From Planctomycetota bacterium (GTDB taxonomy: Bacteria; Planctomycetota; SZUA-567; H5-PLA8), in assembly GCA_038227875.1 (NCBI GenBank), contig JBBRPR010000069.1, positions 1 to 42,434 of the forward strand: a DNA stretch of 42,434 nt, in the 5' to 3' direction. Each line of letters begins with the position of its first letter. Within the stretch, counting starts at the first letter, position 1. The notes beneath the pieces are model-generated. The model made no database searches. It worked only from the letters and a program-made list of their open reading frames with translations, and was not told the DNA's origin. Below, in pieces: positions 8,492-19,359 of the stretch. The position numbers and the translations under genes were made by a program.

Positions 8492-11020
8492 ATGACGCGT
8501 TGCTTGTTTCACGCGCTTATTTTAGCGGCATTCGCAGGGCTGGGAACTGGCGCGGGCGCGCTGGAGACTCCGCCTGAGCCCGGTCCCCCTTCCCTTCCCG
8601 TTCCTCCTGAATCCAAAGCAGACCCGAAGGAGCCTTCCGTGAGCGCAGCAAAGACCGGCGAACATAAATACACCAACGCACTAATCCACGAGACCAGCCC
8701 GTACTTGCTGCAACACGCGCACAACCCGGTCAACTGGTATCCGTGGGGCGAGGAGGCGTTCGCCAAGGCGCGCAAGGAAGGCAAACCGATCTTCCTCTCT
8801 GTCGGTTACAGCTCGTGCCACTGGTGCCACGTGATGGAGCGCGAATCGTTCGAGAACGAGATCGTCGCACACGTTCTTAACCAGGATTTTATTTCGATCA
8901 AAGTCGACCGCGAAGAGCGCCCGGACGTCGACGAGATCTACATGACCGTCGTCCAGCTCATCACGCAGCAGGGCGGCTGGCCGATGTCGGTGTTCATGAC
9001 GGCGGACGGCAAACCGTTTTTCGGCGGGACGTACTTTCCGCCGGAAGACCGCTACGGCCGCATGGGGTTCGGCACGCTGCTGACAAAGGTCGCCGACGTC
9101 TGGAAACAACAGAACGACAAGGTCCAGCACGATGCCGAGCGGATCAGCGAAGCGGTGCGCGAATCGCTGGCGAGCAAGAGCATTCCCTCCGACGGCGTGC
9201 TCGACGACACGATGCTCGGCGACGCCGTGCAGCAGCTCAATGAGAACTTCGACACACAGCGCGGCGGGTTCGGCAGTCGCCCGAAGTTTCCGCCCAACAA
9301 CGGCCTGCCGATGCTGCTGGAGATCCGCGAGGTGCTCGGCGCCGGCGAGACCGGCACCGTGGCAGACACGATCAACACGCTGACGCTCGACCAGATGGCG
9401 CTGGGCGGAATTCACGATCACGTCGGCGGCGGGTTCCATCGGTACTCCACCGACGAGCGCTGGCTGCTGCCGCATTTTGAGAAGATGCTGTACGACAACG
9501 CGCTGCTTTCGAAGGCTTACGCGATCGCGAGCGTGACGTACAAAAATCCGGAGTACGAACGCGTCGCGCGCGACACTTATGATTGGGTGCTGCGCGAAAT
9601 GACCGCGCCGGACGGCGGTTTCTATTCGTCGCTCGACGCCGACAGCGAAGGGGAAGAAGGAAAGTTTTACGTCTGGGACAAGAAGGAGCTCGACACGCTG
9701 TTGGGCGCCGACGCGGCGACGTTCTGTTCGATTTTCAACGTGGCTCAAGGCGGAAACTTCAAGGAGGAAGCCAGCGGCCACGACACGGGCTTGAACATTC
9801 TGCATCTGACCAAGCCTCTGTCCGAGCACGCCAAGCGCTTGAACCTCGACGAAGCGGCGCTGCGCAAGCAGGTCGACGGCTGGAAGGCGAAGCTGCTGGC
9901 GGTGCGCATCAAGCGCGTCTGGCCGGCGCTGGACGACAAAGTTTTGACCTCGTGGAACGCGCTGATGATCTCGTCGCTGGCGCGCGGGTCGATCCTGCTC
10001 AAGGAACCGCGCTACAAGGACGCGGCGGTGAAGGCGGCGGAGTTCCTGCTCAATAATTCGCGCACACCCGAAGGCCGGCTGCTGGCGACGCATCGCAAGG
10101 GGCAGAGCAAGCTGCCGGCGTACCTCGACGACCATTCGTTCTTCGCCGTCGCGTGCCTGGATCTTTACGACGCGACGAAAGACGAGAAGTGGAAGGCCGA
10201 AGCCGTCGAACTGATCGCGCTGATGGACAAGCATTTCAGCGATCCGAAGAAGGGTGGCTATTACTTCACCGCCGACGACCATGAGAAGCTGCTCGCGCGC
10301 ACGAAGGATCCGACGGACAAGGCGATTCCCTCCGGCAACGGCTGGGCGGCGATCGCGCTGGTGCGGCTGGGAGAACTCAGCGGCGAGAAACGTTACGGCG
10401 AGAAGGCAACGGCGATCATCAAGGAATTCCAGGGCCTGATGGAACGCGCGCCGCAGGCGACCGAGAGCCTGATCGAAGCGCTCGCGCTGCAGCTCGACGC
10501 GAAGAAGCGGCGCGGCGAGGAAGTGCATCTGCCGGAAGATGTGCGAGACGAGTCGTTCTTCAAAAAGGGCTCGGTGAAGATCGAACTCTTCGCCGGGGTC
10601 AGCGCCTTGCGGCGCGGCAACAGTGTGCCGATCGCGGTGCGTTACACGATCGACAGCGGTTGGCACATCCAGGCCGAAACGCCGGATGACATGAGCGCCA
10701 TCGCCGCCGGCTACACGCTGCGCAGCCGCAATCTCGGCAAGCTGAGCGATCCCGAATTCCCGGCGCCGAAAACACTCACGGCGCCGGAGCTCGGCGGCGA
10801 ACTGAAAGTGCACAGCGGCGCAGTGCTGGCGAAGGCGACGCTGACTGTGAGCCCCGACGCTCCGCTGGGCAAACATGCGCTGCTGGTGCGCGTGCACTTC
10901 CAGGCCTGCAACGATCACGTCTGCGAAAAGCCGGAGGAATTGCTGCTCTCGCTGCCGATTGAGGTTGTGGCGAAGGACGGGGAGGTGAAGGCGGTGAATG
11001 CGGAGGTTTTTGGGAAGTGA
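8492..11020 (+). CDS. yyaL: Thioredoxin-domain protein YyaL/SSP411 (DUF255) with signal peptide and C-terminal DsbD N-terminal-like domain
   Basis: [71 protein letters not shown]-terminal GWHI...[16 protein letters not shown]. Confidence 0.92.
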   Translation: MTRCLFHALILAAFAGLGTGAGALETPPEPGPPSLPVPPESKADPKEPSVSAAKTGEHKYTNALIHETSPYLLQHAHNPVNWYPWGEEAFAKARKEGKPIFLSVGYSSCHWCHVMERESFENEIVAHVLNQDFISIKVDREERPDVDEIYMTVVQLITQQGGWPMSVFMTADGKPFFGGTYFPPEDRYGRMGFGTLLTKVADVWKQQNDKVQHDAERISEAVRESLASKSIPSDGVLDDTMLGDAVQQLNENFDTQRGGFGSRPKFPPNNGLPMLLEIREVLGAGETGTVADTINTLTLDQMALGGIHDHVGGGFHRYSTDERWLLPHFEKMLYDNALLSKAYAIASVTYKNPEYERVARDTYDWVLREMTAPDGGFYSSLDADSEGEEGKFYVWDKKELDTLLGADAATFCSIFNVAQGGNFKEEASGHDTGLNILHLTKPLSEHAKRLNLDEAALRKQVDGWKAKLLAVRIKRVWPALDDKVLTSWNALMISSLARGSILLKEPRYKDAAVKAAEFLLNNSRTPEGRLLATHRKGQSKLPAYLDDHSFFAVACLDLYDATKDEKWKAEAVELIALMDKHFSDPKKGGYYFTADDHEKLLARTKDPTDKAIPSGNGWAAIALVRLGELSGEKRYGEKATAIIKEFQGLMERAPQATESLIEALALQLDAKKRRGEEVHLPEDVRDESFFKKGSVKIELFAGVSALRRGNSVPIAVRYTIDSGWHIQAETPDDMSAIAAGYTLRSRNLGKLSDPEFPAPKTLTAPELGGELKVHSGAVLAKATLTVSPDAPLGKHALLVRVHFQACNDHVCEKPEELLLSLPIEVVAKDGEVKAVNAEVFGK

Positions 11021-11022
11021 TG

Positions 11023-11070
11023 GAATGTTGAATGTCGAATGTCGAAAAAACGGAAGGACTGAGGACTGAG
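11023..11070. repeat. Heptamer tandem repeats (GAATGTC and AGGACTG types)
   Basis: gaatgtt gaatgtc gaatgtc gaa ... aggactg aggactg ag immediately after the yyaL stop. Confidence 0.65.
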
Positions 11071-11276
11071 GAAAAAGCACTACCCTCCCCGCGAGGAGAA
11101 GCAACGATTGTCCGGGAGCGCTTCGAAGTCGGAAGTTTTTTAGAAGTTGGCGATTCTGTCTTGGAGCTTCTTGTTGCTGACGCAACCCGGCTCGCGGGGT
11201 TGTCGCTGGATTAGTGCAGAGGCCCGTTTGGGCTCCCCACCCACGCGGGGAAATTAGAGCTTAGGAATTCAATTCT

Positions 11277-11696
11277 ATGAAATCCTATCGCGAAGAACTG
11301 TGGTTCGAGATTCCCAACCGGCGCGGGTACGTCAACATCACGCCGAGCGTTGAGGCGGCAATTGAGAAGAGCGGCGTGATGGAGGGCATGGTTCTCGTCA
11401 ATGCAATGCACATCACGGCCAGCGTCTTCATCAACGATGACGAGAGCGGACTGCTGCGCGACTTCGAGAAGTGGCTGGAGCGGCTCGCGCCGCACGAACC
11501 GGTCGCCGGTTACGAGCACAACCGCACGGGCGAGGACAACGCCGACGCGCATCTCAAGCGGCAGTTGATGGGACGAGAGGTTGTCGTGGCGATTACCGAT
11601 GGAAAGCTCGACTTTGGCATGTGGGAGCAGATTTTTTACGGCGAGTACGACGGCAACCGGAAAAAGCGCGTGCTGATCAAGATCATTGGGGAGTAA
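11277..11696 (+). CDS. yjbQ: YjbQ / UPF0047 family (secondary thiamine-phosphate synthase)
   Basis: [45 protein letters not shown] motifs. Confidence 0.93.
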   Translation: MKSYREELWFEIPNRRGYVNITPSVEAAIEKSGVMEGMVLVNAMHITASVFINDDESGLLRDFEKWLERLAPHEPVAGYEHNRTGEDNADAHLKRQLMGREVVVAITDGKLDFGMWEQIFYGEYDGNRKKRVLIKIIGE

Positions 11697-11734
11697 CTTT
11701 TAGAAGGAACCGCCCCGTCCCACGTCTCACTACC

Positions 11735-13234
11735 ATGATCCCCATGCGCGCTCTCCATCTTTTTGCCGTGATACTCTTCGCGAGCTCCGCGGTGCGCGCG
11801 GCGGAGTCGCGGCCGAACATCCTCTTCATCCTCTCCGACGATCAGCGCTGGGATGCGCTCGGCGCGGAGAAAAACGCGCAGATCCTCACGCCAAATCTCG
11901 ACGCGCTGGCGGCCAGTGGGATTCTGTTTCCGCAAGGGACGGTCGCGATTTCCATGTGCTGCCCCAGCCGCGCGGCGCTGGTGACGGGATTGTTCTCGCA
12001 CCAGAGCGGGTATTTTTCGAACAAGACGTGGACGGTCGAGGCCGGCAATGGTTTCGGGCAGCCGACCGCGGTAGAGCTGCTGCGGCAGTCGGGGTACTTC
12101 ACGTCGCTGATCGGAAAATGGCACATCAAACCCGTGCCGTGGAGGTGCGGCTTTGAAGAAGTGCGCACGTGGATGCCGCACGGCGCGGACAACTACGTCA
12201 ACCCGGAACTCGCGCACGGCTTCAGCGACAAAATCAAAGAAGAACCGGGGCACGTCACCGAACTGTTCGCGAACGACGCGGTGAAGTTCCTCCACGAACG
12301 CAGGAGCAGTACCGACGGCAAACCGTTTTTTCTGTGGCTGGCGTTCACGGCGCCGCACACGCCGCAGCGGCCGATTCCAGAACGCTGCTGCGAACCGTAC
12401 AAGGAATTGTCGCGCGATCTGCATCCGCCCGGGTTTCCGCCCGACGAGCACGCCGACCGGCCATGGGCGCAGTACTATTCGGCGATCACGCACATGGACG
12501 AGCAGACCGGGCTTGTGCTGCAGGCGCTGAAGGAAAACGGCTTCGCCGAGAACACCGTCGTGATTTACCTGAGCGACAACGGCTGGATGATGGGCAGCCA
12601 TGGCTACTTCGGCAAAGTGCTGCCGGATGACGAATCGATCCGCGTGCCGTTCATCATCCACGCGCCGCCGGCGCTGCAGAAATGGAAGGGCGTCTCCAAC
12701 GCGCTGGTCTCGAGCATCGATCTGGGGCCAACGTGGCTGGACCTCGCGGGAGTCACGCCGCCGGCGAATTTCTCCGGGCAGACGCTGCTGCCGCTGCTGA
12801 AGAGCGAGCATCCGGAGCCGAAATTCCGCGACGATGTCTTTTGTGAGTTCGAAGACGAGATGGCGTGGCCCGGCTACGCCTTCCGCATGGTCCGCACGCA
12901 GGACTGGAAGCTCGTGCTGCGCCCGCACCGCGCGGGGAAGAAGCTCGAGTCGCTGGAGAAGGATTTCAAGGAGACCGAAGAAGAGAAAAAATATTTCAAG
13001 CCGCCGGTGCTCGAGGAAATCCAGCTCTTCGATCTGAAAAACGATCCGCACGAGTTGCGCGACGTAGCTCACGAACCCACGGCGGCTGTGGCATTAAAAG
13101 AAATGAAGATGCGCCTGGAAGGCTGGATGCGCCGGAGCGACGATCCGGCGCTGACACCGAAATTTCCCACCTGGACGCTGGTCAAGCCAGAGAGCATCGA
13201 GCATCTCAAGCGCAAGGACAACCATGCGGACTAG
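11735..13234 (+). CDS. Secreted Cys-type (formylglycine) sulfatase
   Basis: Signal peptide, RPNILFILSDDQR, CCPSRAALVTG, GKWH, APHTP, SDNG, FDLKNDPHE; start placed at ATG 11735 rather than 11471. Confidence 0.92.
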   Translation: MIPMRALHLFAVILFASSAVRAAESRPNILFILSDDQRWDALGAEKNAQILTPNLDALAASGILFPQGTVAISMCCPSRAALVTGLFSHQSGYFSNKTWTVEAGNGFGQPTAVELLRQSGYFTSLIGKWHIKPVPWRCGFEEVRTWMPHGADNYVNPELAHGFSDKIKEEPGHVTELFANDAVKFLHERRSSTDGKPFFLWLAFTAPHTPQRPIPERCCEPYKELSRDLHPPGFPPDEHADRPWAQYYSAITHMDEQTGLVLQALKENGFAENTVVIYLSDNGWMMGSHGYFGKVLPDDESIRVPFIIHAPPALQKWKGVSNALVSSIDLGPTWLDLAGVTPPANFSGQTLLPLLKSEHPEPKFRDDVFCEFEDEMAWPGYAFRMVRTQDWKLVLRPHRAGKKLESLEKDFKETEEEKKYFKPPVLEEIQLFDLKNDPHELRDVAHEPTAAVALKEMKMRLEGWMRRSDDPALTPKFPTWTLVKPESIEHLKRKDNHAD

Positions 13235-13281
13235 CCTCCTTTCAGTTGTGATCACGCCACAATTCCCTATCATTCGCCGCC

Positions 13282-15093
13282 ATGAATTTGAGTTCTGAAA
13301 CGGCCCCCGCGACGGACACGGCGCCTGCGCAAGCAGCGACGTTTCTGGACGCCATTCTGCTTGCGGCGATTTTTGCGGTGATGGTCTGGGGCGTCGGCGA
13401 CTACGGCCTGTACGAGCCGCACGAAGGACACTTCGCGGGTGTCGCGCGCGAGATGGTGACCAGCGGCGATTGGATCCTGACCAAGCTCAACGGCGCGCAG
13501 TACCTCAACAAGCCGCCGCTGTTCTACTGGATGATCGCGACGAGTTATTCGATCTTTGGCATCAACGAATGGGCGGCGCGGCTGCCGCTGGTGATTGTCG
13601 GCTGGCTGGGCGTGGTGCTGGCGTGGCAGTGGACACGGGAACTCTTCGGCATCCGCGCGGCGCGGTCGGCGGCGATCATGCTAGCCATCGCCACGGGCTG
13701 GTATTTGTTCTGCCATCAATTGCTGATCGACGCGCTGCTCTCGGTGTTGAATCTCGCCTCTTTGTATGTGCTCTGGAAAGCAATCCAGGCGCGGACGCGC
13801 ACGTCGCTGTGGGTCGCGTTTTATGCCATCGTCGGGTTGTCGGTGATGGCCAAGGGGCTGATCGGCATCGCGTTCCCAGCGGCGGCGCTGCTGTGTTTCA
13901 TCGCCTGGTATCGCGACAAGGCGCTGCTGCGCGCCAGCCGGCCGATCCTGGGACTGATGGTGATCGTCGCGGTGATCGGGCCGTGGATGTTCCTGCTCGA
14001 ACACAAGATGCCCGGCACGATCTGGTACATGCTGAAGAGCGAACATTTTGACCGCGCGTTCGACCGCCGCTGGCCGCCGGATTACAGCGTGGTGAAAGTG
14101 AATTGGTGGAAGTACATCGTGATCACCATCATCTGGCTGGCGCCGTGGAGCCTGCTGCTGCCGCAGGTCGCCGGGTTCTGCCGCGCGATCGTGCCACGTA
14201 GCGCGCGTCCATCGGCGTTGCGCGACGCGGTGACGCTGCTGTCCTTCGGCGCGCTGCTGCCGGTGGTCGCGTTTCTGCCGATGCCGTCGCGGCTGATTTA
14301 TTACAGTCTGCCGTGTGTGTTGCCGTACGTGATACTCACGGCCGGGTGGTGGGCGCAGTCGGATCAATTCCAATCCAACCGCAGCCGCATTTCCGCGTTC
14401 TTGACACTCTGCGGCATCGGCGCAGTAATGCTGGGCGTCAGTTTCTTCCTCGCCGGCTGGCTGAAAGCGATTCCCGATCTGGCTTCGTCGCCCGGCGAAC
14501 TGGTGCTGATTCCGCGCGTGGCGCTGCTGATGGGCGGCGGATTGCTGCTCGGCGGTGGATTACTGATGAGCCGCCGACCGATGGCCGCGATCCTGGCGGT
14601 GGGGCTGCTGTTTGGCACCGCCGACATAATGAACGTCTCCGGCTTCGCCGATTACGACCACGTGCTCTCGTCGAAGAAACTGGTTATGAGCATCCGCGAC
14701 AAGGTTGGCGCGGATTGCATCTGGATTTCGGAAGGTTCGAAGGAGATCGGCGCCAGCGCAGGCATCGCGTATTACCTGGGCCGCGAGAAGAGTGGTGCGT
14801 CGCGTTTCGTCTACGTGATGAGCGACGACACGCGTCGTCCGCCGCCGAAGTTTCCCGGCCCACCACTGACGTACCTGATCGACCAGAAGCGGCTGGAAGA
14901 ATTGTGGAGCGGGTCCACGCCCGTGGTCTTCGTCACCGATTTTCAGCGCAGCGACTGGCTGGGCGATCCGCCGCACCTGCCGGCCGGAGCGGGCGACTGC
15001 ATCGCCGATCCGCCGGTGACCGGCAACCGCCGCGTCTATGCCAACGCGGCGGCGTTGAAGCGCCTGCAATCCGACGTCAGCGACGGCAAGTAG
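13282..15093 (+). CDS. ArnT/PMT-like GT-C glycosyltransferase (GT83/GT39)
   Basis: LYEPHEGHFAGVAREM...YLNKPPLFYW...EWAARLP, AKGLIG, multiple TM helices. Confidence 0.88.
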   Translation: MNLSSETAPATDTAPAQAATFLDAILLAAIFAVMVWGVGDYGLYEPHEGHFAGVAREMVTSGDWILTKLNGAQYLNKPPLFYWMIATSYSIFGINEWAARLPLVIVGWLGVVLAWQWTRELFGIRAARSAAIMLAIATGWYLFCHQLLIDALLSVLNLASLYVLWKAIQARTRTSLWVAFYAIVGLSVMAKGLIGIAFPAAALLCFIAWYRDKALLRASRPILGLMVIVAVIGPWMFLLEHKMPGTIWYMLKSEHFDRAFDRRWPPDYSVVKVNWWKYIVITIIWLAPWSLLLPQVAGFCRAIVPRSARPSALRDAVTLLSFGALLPVVAFLPMPSRLIYYSLPCVLPYVILTAGWWAQSDQFQSNRSRISAFLTLCGIGAVMLGVSFFLAGWLKAIPDLASSPGELVLIPRVALLMGGGLLLGGGLLMSRRPMAAILAVGLLFGTADIMNVSGFADYDHVLSSKKLVMSIRDKVGADCIWISEGSKEIGASAGIAYYLGREKSGASRFVYVMSDDTRRPPPKFPGPPLTYLIDQKRLEELWSGSTPVVFVTDFQRSDWLGDPPHLPAGAGDCIADPPVTGNRRVYANAAALKRLQSDVSDGK

Positions 15094-15096
15094 CGC

Positions 15097-15789
15097 TTAC
15101 TCCGACGCGACTTTCGTGCGGAAATCGAATTGGCCGTTGCGGAAATTGGCGACGGCAGTGAGTTCCGCGGGCGCACCTTCCGGACGGACGCGGTAGTTCA
15201 CTGACACGCGCGGCGTGCGGGTCGTGTTGATTGTGACGCGATGCCAGCAGTAGGTGCTCATCAGCACCACCGTTCCCGCCTTGGGCGCGATGGCGACTTC
15301 TCCGGGCAGGGAATCCTGATGCCCGCCCGCAGGGATACGGCCGCGGTGGATCGAGCCGGGGACGACGACGATTTGGCCCATCTCGGGGGCGATGTCGCGG
15401 GTGTAGATCAGCCGGTTGAGCACAAAATTCTTCGGGTCGCTGGAATCCTGATGCCACGCCTGTCCCGTGCCCGCGCGCGTGCACTGGACGAGCAGGTATT
15501 CGTCGATGAATTCCGTGCCGAGTGCTGCTTTCGTGAGCGCTTTCAAACGCGCGTTGGATTGGAATTCGATGAACGCCGGGTGCTTCGATGCTTCGACGCC
15601 GAGGCCTTGCACGTCGGTCTGGTAATTCTGTGCGTAGAAATTCGGCTGGCGTGTTCCGGTCTCCAGAGGCTCGGCGAGCAGTTGATCGATCACAGCGTTC
15701 ATTGCCGCCAGTTCATGAGGGCTATAGAAATCGGGGAGAATCAATACGCCGTCGCGGGCAAAAGTTTCGCGCAGATCATCGTCGTTCAT
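15097..15789 (-). CDS. Phytanoyl-CoA dioxygenase (PhyH) family Fe(II)/2OG dioxygenase
   Basis: FARDGVLILPDFYS, WHQD, VVPGS, WHRVTIN...RVS; start at ATG 15789 after GGAG. Confidence 0.85.
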   Translation of the reverse strand: MNDDDLRETFARDGVLILPDFYSPHELAAMNAVIDQLLAEPLETGTRQPNFYAQNYQTDVQGLGVEASKHPAFIEFQSNARLKALTKAALGTEFIDEYLLVQCTRAGTGQAWHQDSSDPKNFVLNRLIYTRDIAPEMGQIVVVPGSIHRGRIPAGGHQDSLPGEVAIAPKAGTVVLMSTYCWHRVTINTTRTPRVSVNYRVRPEGAPAELTAVANFRNGQFDFRTKVASE

Positions 15790-15891
15790 GGGCTTGTCTC
15801 CGTATGAGGTTGCGGGAATACTACGCTGTGACGAGCTCCTAATGAATGGACGGAGCGGAGTAGTACGCCTGCACAAACCGGAGATTCGAAC

Positions 15892-16686
15892 ATGGCCGAT
15901 CTGGAATGCCTCTTCGCCTTCCAACACATCGTCCACGCGCCATACACCTGCGTACGCCATCGGCATGCGTGTACGGAAGTGGTCTTTAACATCGGCGGCG
16001 AGGGCACGCTGTTTCACGGCGCGGAGTCGTTTGAGTATGGTCCGAAGTCGGTTTTTACATATCAGCCCGGCGAAGAGCATTGGATCACGCAGCGCCGGCC
16101 GGGCATTCACCTCTGCTTCGGCCTGATGGGCTGCGGCGCTGAAGACGTGCGTGTCGGGAGCTTTCCGGCGGGGCGTGAACTGCTGGCGCTGGCGAAGAGA
16201 TTTCAAGCGGCGCTCGAAGATGGATCGAGCAGCGCGCGCAGCCGGTTGGAGTTGATCGCCGGACTCATCACGCTCGACTTGAACGAGCGCTACGCCCGGC
16301 GACGGCCCGCCGATTCGCTCGCGCACAAGGCCCGTGCGCTGATCGACCGGCACTACGGCCAGCCATTAACGATCGCTGAGCTGGCGCGAAAGTTGTTCAT
16401 CAGTCCCGACTACCTGCGCCAGGTTTTCCGCAGGGAGTTCGGCACCGGACCGCTGCATTATCTGCTGCAAAAACGCATTGATGCGGCGACAGAGCTGCTC
16501 CGCTTTTCAACGCTGCAGATCCAGGAGATCTCGCGACAGTGCGGGTTTGAAAACCCGTTCTATTTCAGCCGCCAGTTCCGCAAATTCGCCGGCAAGGCTC
16601 CGTCAGCGATGCGCAGCGAACTGACTGGGCAAGTGCAGCGCCACAATCGCAGGCGGGCCGCCGCCGGTCGCAGAGCCCGGCGATAA
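15892..16686 (+). CDS. AraC family transcriptional regulator
   Basis: N-terminal cupin (HRHACTE) and C-terminal HTHs (LARKLFISPDYLRQVFRREFG; ISRQCGFENPFYFSRQFRKFAG); divergent from the PhyH gene. Confidence 0.92.
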   Translation: MADLECLFAFQHIVHAPYTCVRHRHACTEVVFNIGGEGTLFHGAESFEYGPKSVFTYQPGEEHWITQRRPGIHLCFGLMGCGAEDVRVGSFPAGRELLALAKRFQAALEDGSSSARSRLELIAGLITLDLNERYARRRPADSLAHKARALIDRHYGQPLTIAELARKLFISPDYLRQVFRREFGTGPLHYLLQKRIDAATELLRFSTLQIQEISRQCGFENPFYFSRQFRKFAGKAPSAMRSELTGQVQRHNRRRAAAGRRARR

Positions 16687-16691
16687 CAGCA

Positions 16692-18002
16692 CTACTTCGC
16701 GCCGCAGGCCTTCGCGTAGTAGCCGGTCACTTCCATCACCTTGCTGTGCAGCAGCGCCTTCGGCTCATTGGCGATTTTGCCGGCGCGGACGAGTTCGTAC
16801 TGCGGCGGCATGAACTGCGAGAGCACCGTCAGCGGCGCGGGATGCGCAGTCAGATTGTTGACGAGCTTGGTCAGCGCGGCGTCGAGCTTCGGCTGCGGCC
16901 AGTAGTAGCGCGAGCGGTCGCTGTAGCTGAACTTGCGCGCGTAGCGGACGTAGCCATTGTCGCCGACGTAGTAGGGCTTCCAGTAAACGGGATTTTCCAT
17001 CATCACTTCGTCGAGAATCATGCGGATGCGCGAGAGGCTGACGTTGTCGTTGTCGCTGAGCCATTCGCGTTCGATTTCCGCCAGCGCAAAGACGGCTTCG
17101 CGAAAGGCGAACGTCAGCCACGGTCCGACTTTCAGGATCGCGAAGTGGTCTTCGACCAGTTCCTTCAAACCCTGCGCGGTCTGGTAGTCGGTGGAGTGGG
17201 CTTCGTAGACGAGGCCTTCGTGTTTTTCTATCACCTGCGAAAGCGCCTTGGCCTTCGCGCGCTCATAGGGAAAAACGGTGTTGTCGGAGAATTCCACGCC
17301 CGGCTGCACCACCACGCCGATGACGCGCTCCCACGCGGCGTCGAGGCGGCGCTTCTTGAACGCTTCGCGACTGACGGCGATGGTCCGCTCGGCGTCCTCG
17401 GTCTTCGTCACCGCGATGCCGGCGTGATCGGCCTGCTCACCGCCGGGAACGGGAACTTCCGTGCCGATGATGTAAACGGGCGCCGGCGAACCCTTGGGCA
17501 GTGTCGCGTAGGCTTCTTCGGCCGCGGCGCACATTTCGGCGGCGCGCGCGGTCACGGTCTCTTCGGCCAGCGGCGTGTGCTTGCCGCCCGGATCGTCGGC
17601 GCAGCGCATGCTGGCATCGAGATGAATCTTGGTGTAACCGGCGAGCACGCAACTGCGGACGAGCTCGAGCGCTTTTTCCATCGCCGGTTTGGCCGGTTCC
17701 TTCTGCCATGCGTTCGGTCCGAGGTGATCGCCGCCGAGGATGATCTTGTCAGTGCCCAGCCCCACCTGTTTGGCGATGTCCTTCATGTACGCCGCGAACT
17801 GCGCCGCCGTCATTCCCGTGTAGCCGCCAAACTGATTGACCTGGTTGGACGTCGATTCGATGCAGACGGCCGAGTTGTCTCGCTTGGCCTGCATCATCGA
17901 GGCTTCCAGCACGTACTTGTTGGCCGAACAGATCGAGTAAATGCCCGCGGCCTTTCCTTGCTTCTGGGCTTTCACCATGGACTGCAGTAGTGCGGTGGAC
18001 AT
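16692..18002 (-). CDS. gatZ: GatZ/KbaZ family protein (tagatose-bisphosphate aldolase non-catalytic subunit / tagatose-6-phosphate 4-epimerase)
   Basis: GIYSICSA, ESTSNQVNQFGGYTGM, GGDHLGPN, KIHLDAS, IGTEVPVPGG, VVQPGVEF, EAHSTDYQ, LKVGPWLT, YSDRSRYYW. Confidence 0.92.
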   Translation of the reverse strand: MSTALLQSMVKAQKQGKAAGIYSICSANKYVLEASMMQAKRDNSAVCIESTSNQVNQFGGYTGMTAAQFAAYMKDIAKQVGLGTDKIILGGDHLGPNAWQKEPAKPAMEKALELVRSCVLAGYTKIHLDASMRCADDPGGKHTPLAEETVTARAAEMCAAAEEAYATLPKGSPAPVYIIGTEVPVPGGEQADHAGIAVTKTEDAERTIAVSREAFKKRRLDAAWERVIGVVVQPGVEFSDNTVFPYERAKAKALSQVIEKHEGLVYEAHSTDYQTAQGLKELVEDHFAILKVGPWLTFAFREAVFALAEIEREWLSDNDNVSLSRIRMILDEVMMENPVYWKPYYVGDNGYVRYARKFSYSDRSRYYWPQPKLDAALTKLVNNLTAHPAPLTVLSQFMPPQYELVRAGKIANEPKALLHSKVMEVTGYYAKACGAK

Positions 18003-18005
18003 GAG

Positions 18006-18156
18006 TTGGCTCTTGGCTCCTGGCTTTTGGCTCTTGGGATCGTTAGGGCAATGCGTCTTTTTACTGACCTCGGATTTGTTTGGCTGATTGGCGCTAGCGG
18101 CTTCGCCCGTCTGGGAGCGTTACTGGATCACTCCCAAGAGCCAAGAGCTAAGTGCC
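18006..18156. repeat. Inverted heptamer-repeat pair (TTGGCTC / GAGCCAA) between agaS and gatZ
   Basis: ttggctc ttggctc ctggctt ttggctc ttggga (18006-18039) versus tcccaa gagccaa gagctaa gtgcc (18132-18156). Confidence 0.75.
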
Positions 18157-18159
18157 GTC

Positions 18160-19353
18160 CTATTTTTTGTACTCGTAAATCGTCACGCCCTGGACCACTC
18201 GGTTGATCGTTCCGCTCACGCTCGGGTTGTCCGGCTTCAGACCGCAGCGGAGGCAGGTGAAGGTGCCGAGGATCTGGCCGACCATCACGTCGGTCATGAC
18301 GCGGAAATCGTCGTCGACGGCGTTGCCGCCGGGGAACAGTTCGATCACGTCGGTGGCCAGGTCGCGGATCTCCGCGGTGGCGCGATCGCAGATCACCAGT
18401 GTCGCACTGCCCTGCTTCTTGGCTTTCAGTTCGCGCAGCATGTCGAGTTCATACTTGCGGACGTAGGCGTCGCTGGAGAGCGCGGCGATCACGGCGCATT
18501 CTTTGTTGACGAAGACCTGCGGCCCATGTCGCAGGCCAGTGAACGAATTGAACATCGCGGCGACGCGGCCTTCGGTCATCTCCTGCAGCTTGAGATGGCA
18601 TTCCTGCATCGCGCCATTGAGCGTGCCGGAGCCGAGGAAACAGGCGCGGTTGAACGGCGCGTCGGCGAATTTCTGCAGCACCGTGCCGTATTCCTTGATG
18701 ATGTGCTCGCCGGCGGAGCTGAGCGCAAAGGCGGTCTTGGTCAGTTCGTCTGGCTTGTCGAGCAACCCCAAGCCCGCGGCGGTGAAGGCCATCGTGGTGA
18801 ACGAGCTGGTCATCACCAGCGAGCGGTCGTTGGTCTCTTCGGGCAGTTCGATGTAGTAGGAACCGGAATCCTTCTTCGCAGCGCGGGCGAGCGCGCCTTC
18901 CTTGTTGCAGGTGATGGCGATCTGCTTCGTCTGGGGCGAGACCTTCTTGACCAGATCGTACGTGGCCATCGATTCCGGCGAATTTCCCGAGCGCGCGAAC
19001 GAGAGGACCACGTAATCGAGCCCCGGCACGAAGAGACTGGGATGCGTGACGAAATTCGTCGTGGAGACGGAGACCACCGAGCGTTTCAGGCGCTTGCGCA
19101 ATCCCGGCGCGACGGCGTTGCCGACGAACTCCGAGGAGCCCGCGCCGGTGAGAATCAGTTCCGCTTTCTTGCTGCCAGTCAGTCCAGACGACGCCAGGAA
19201 TTCACCGAGCTCTCTCTTGCGCGATTGGAGCAACTCTGCGGCCTTGGCCCATGTCGACGGTTGCTGCGCGATCTCCCGCGGCGTGTGTTCGACGCCCCTG
19301 GTTTTCTTCTCGGCGTCCGGCAGGCTCAGCAGCGCTTCAAATGCGTTCATCAC
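18160..19353 (-). CDS. agaS: AgaS family SIS-domain protein (galactosamine-6-phosphate deaminase/isomerase)
   Basis: HTPREIAQQP, LTGAGSSEFVG, SFARSGNSPES, NDRSLVMTSSFT, LKLQEMT, GLRHGP, PDNPSVSGTINRVVQGV. Confidence 0.9.
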   Translation of the reverse strand: MMNAFEALLSLPDAEKKTRGVEHTPREIAQQPSTWAKAAELLQSRKRELGEFLASSGLTGSKKAELILTGAGSSEFVGNAVAPGLRKRLKRSVVSVSTTNFVTHPSLFVPGLDYVVLSFARSGNSPESMATYDLVKKVSPQTKQIAITCNKEGALARAAKKDSGSYYIELPEETNDRSLVMTSSFTTMAFTAAGLGLLDKPDELTKTAFALSSAGEHIIKEYGTVLQKFADAPFNRACFLGSGTLNGAMQECHLKLQEMTEGRVAAMFNSFTGLRHGPQVFVNKECAVIAALSSDAYVRKYELDMLRELKAKKQGSATLVICDRATAEIRDLATDVIELFPGGNAVDDDFRVMTDVMVGQILGTFTCLRCGLKPDNPSVSGTINRVVQGVTIYEYKK

Positions 19354-19359
19354 GACTCC

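Noticed and set aside
8681..11185. 834-aa antisense ORF opposite yyaL (likewise 18088-20184, 22833-24701, 11636-13072, 16746-17990, 38488-39759 and others)
   Set aside because: Shadow ORFs expected opposite high-GC3 genes; no recognisable motifs, while the other strand carries clear family signatures
11230..11251. gggctccccacccacgcgggga resembles part of a type I-E CRISPR repeat
   Set aside because: Single copy, no spacer-repeat periodicity, no cas genes in the window
15790..16353. Long N-terminal extension of the PhyH ORF (also 11471-11734 for the sulfatase and 6479-6560 for the hydrolase)
   Set aside because: Extensions overlap well-supported genes or repeats; better starts exist downstream
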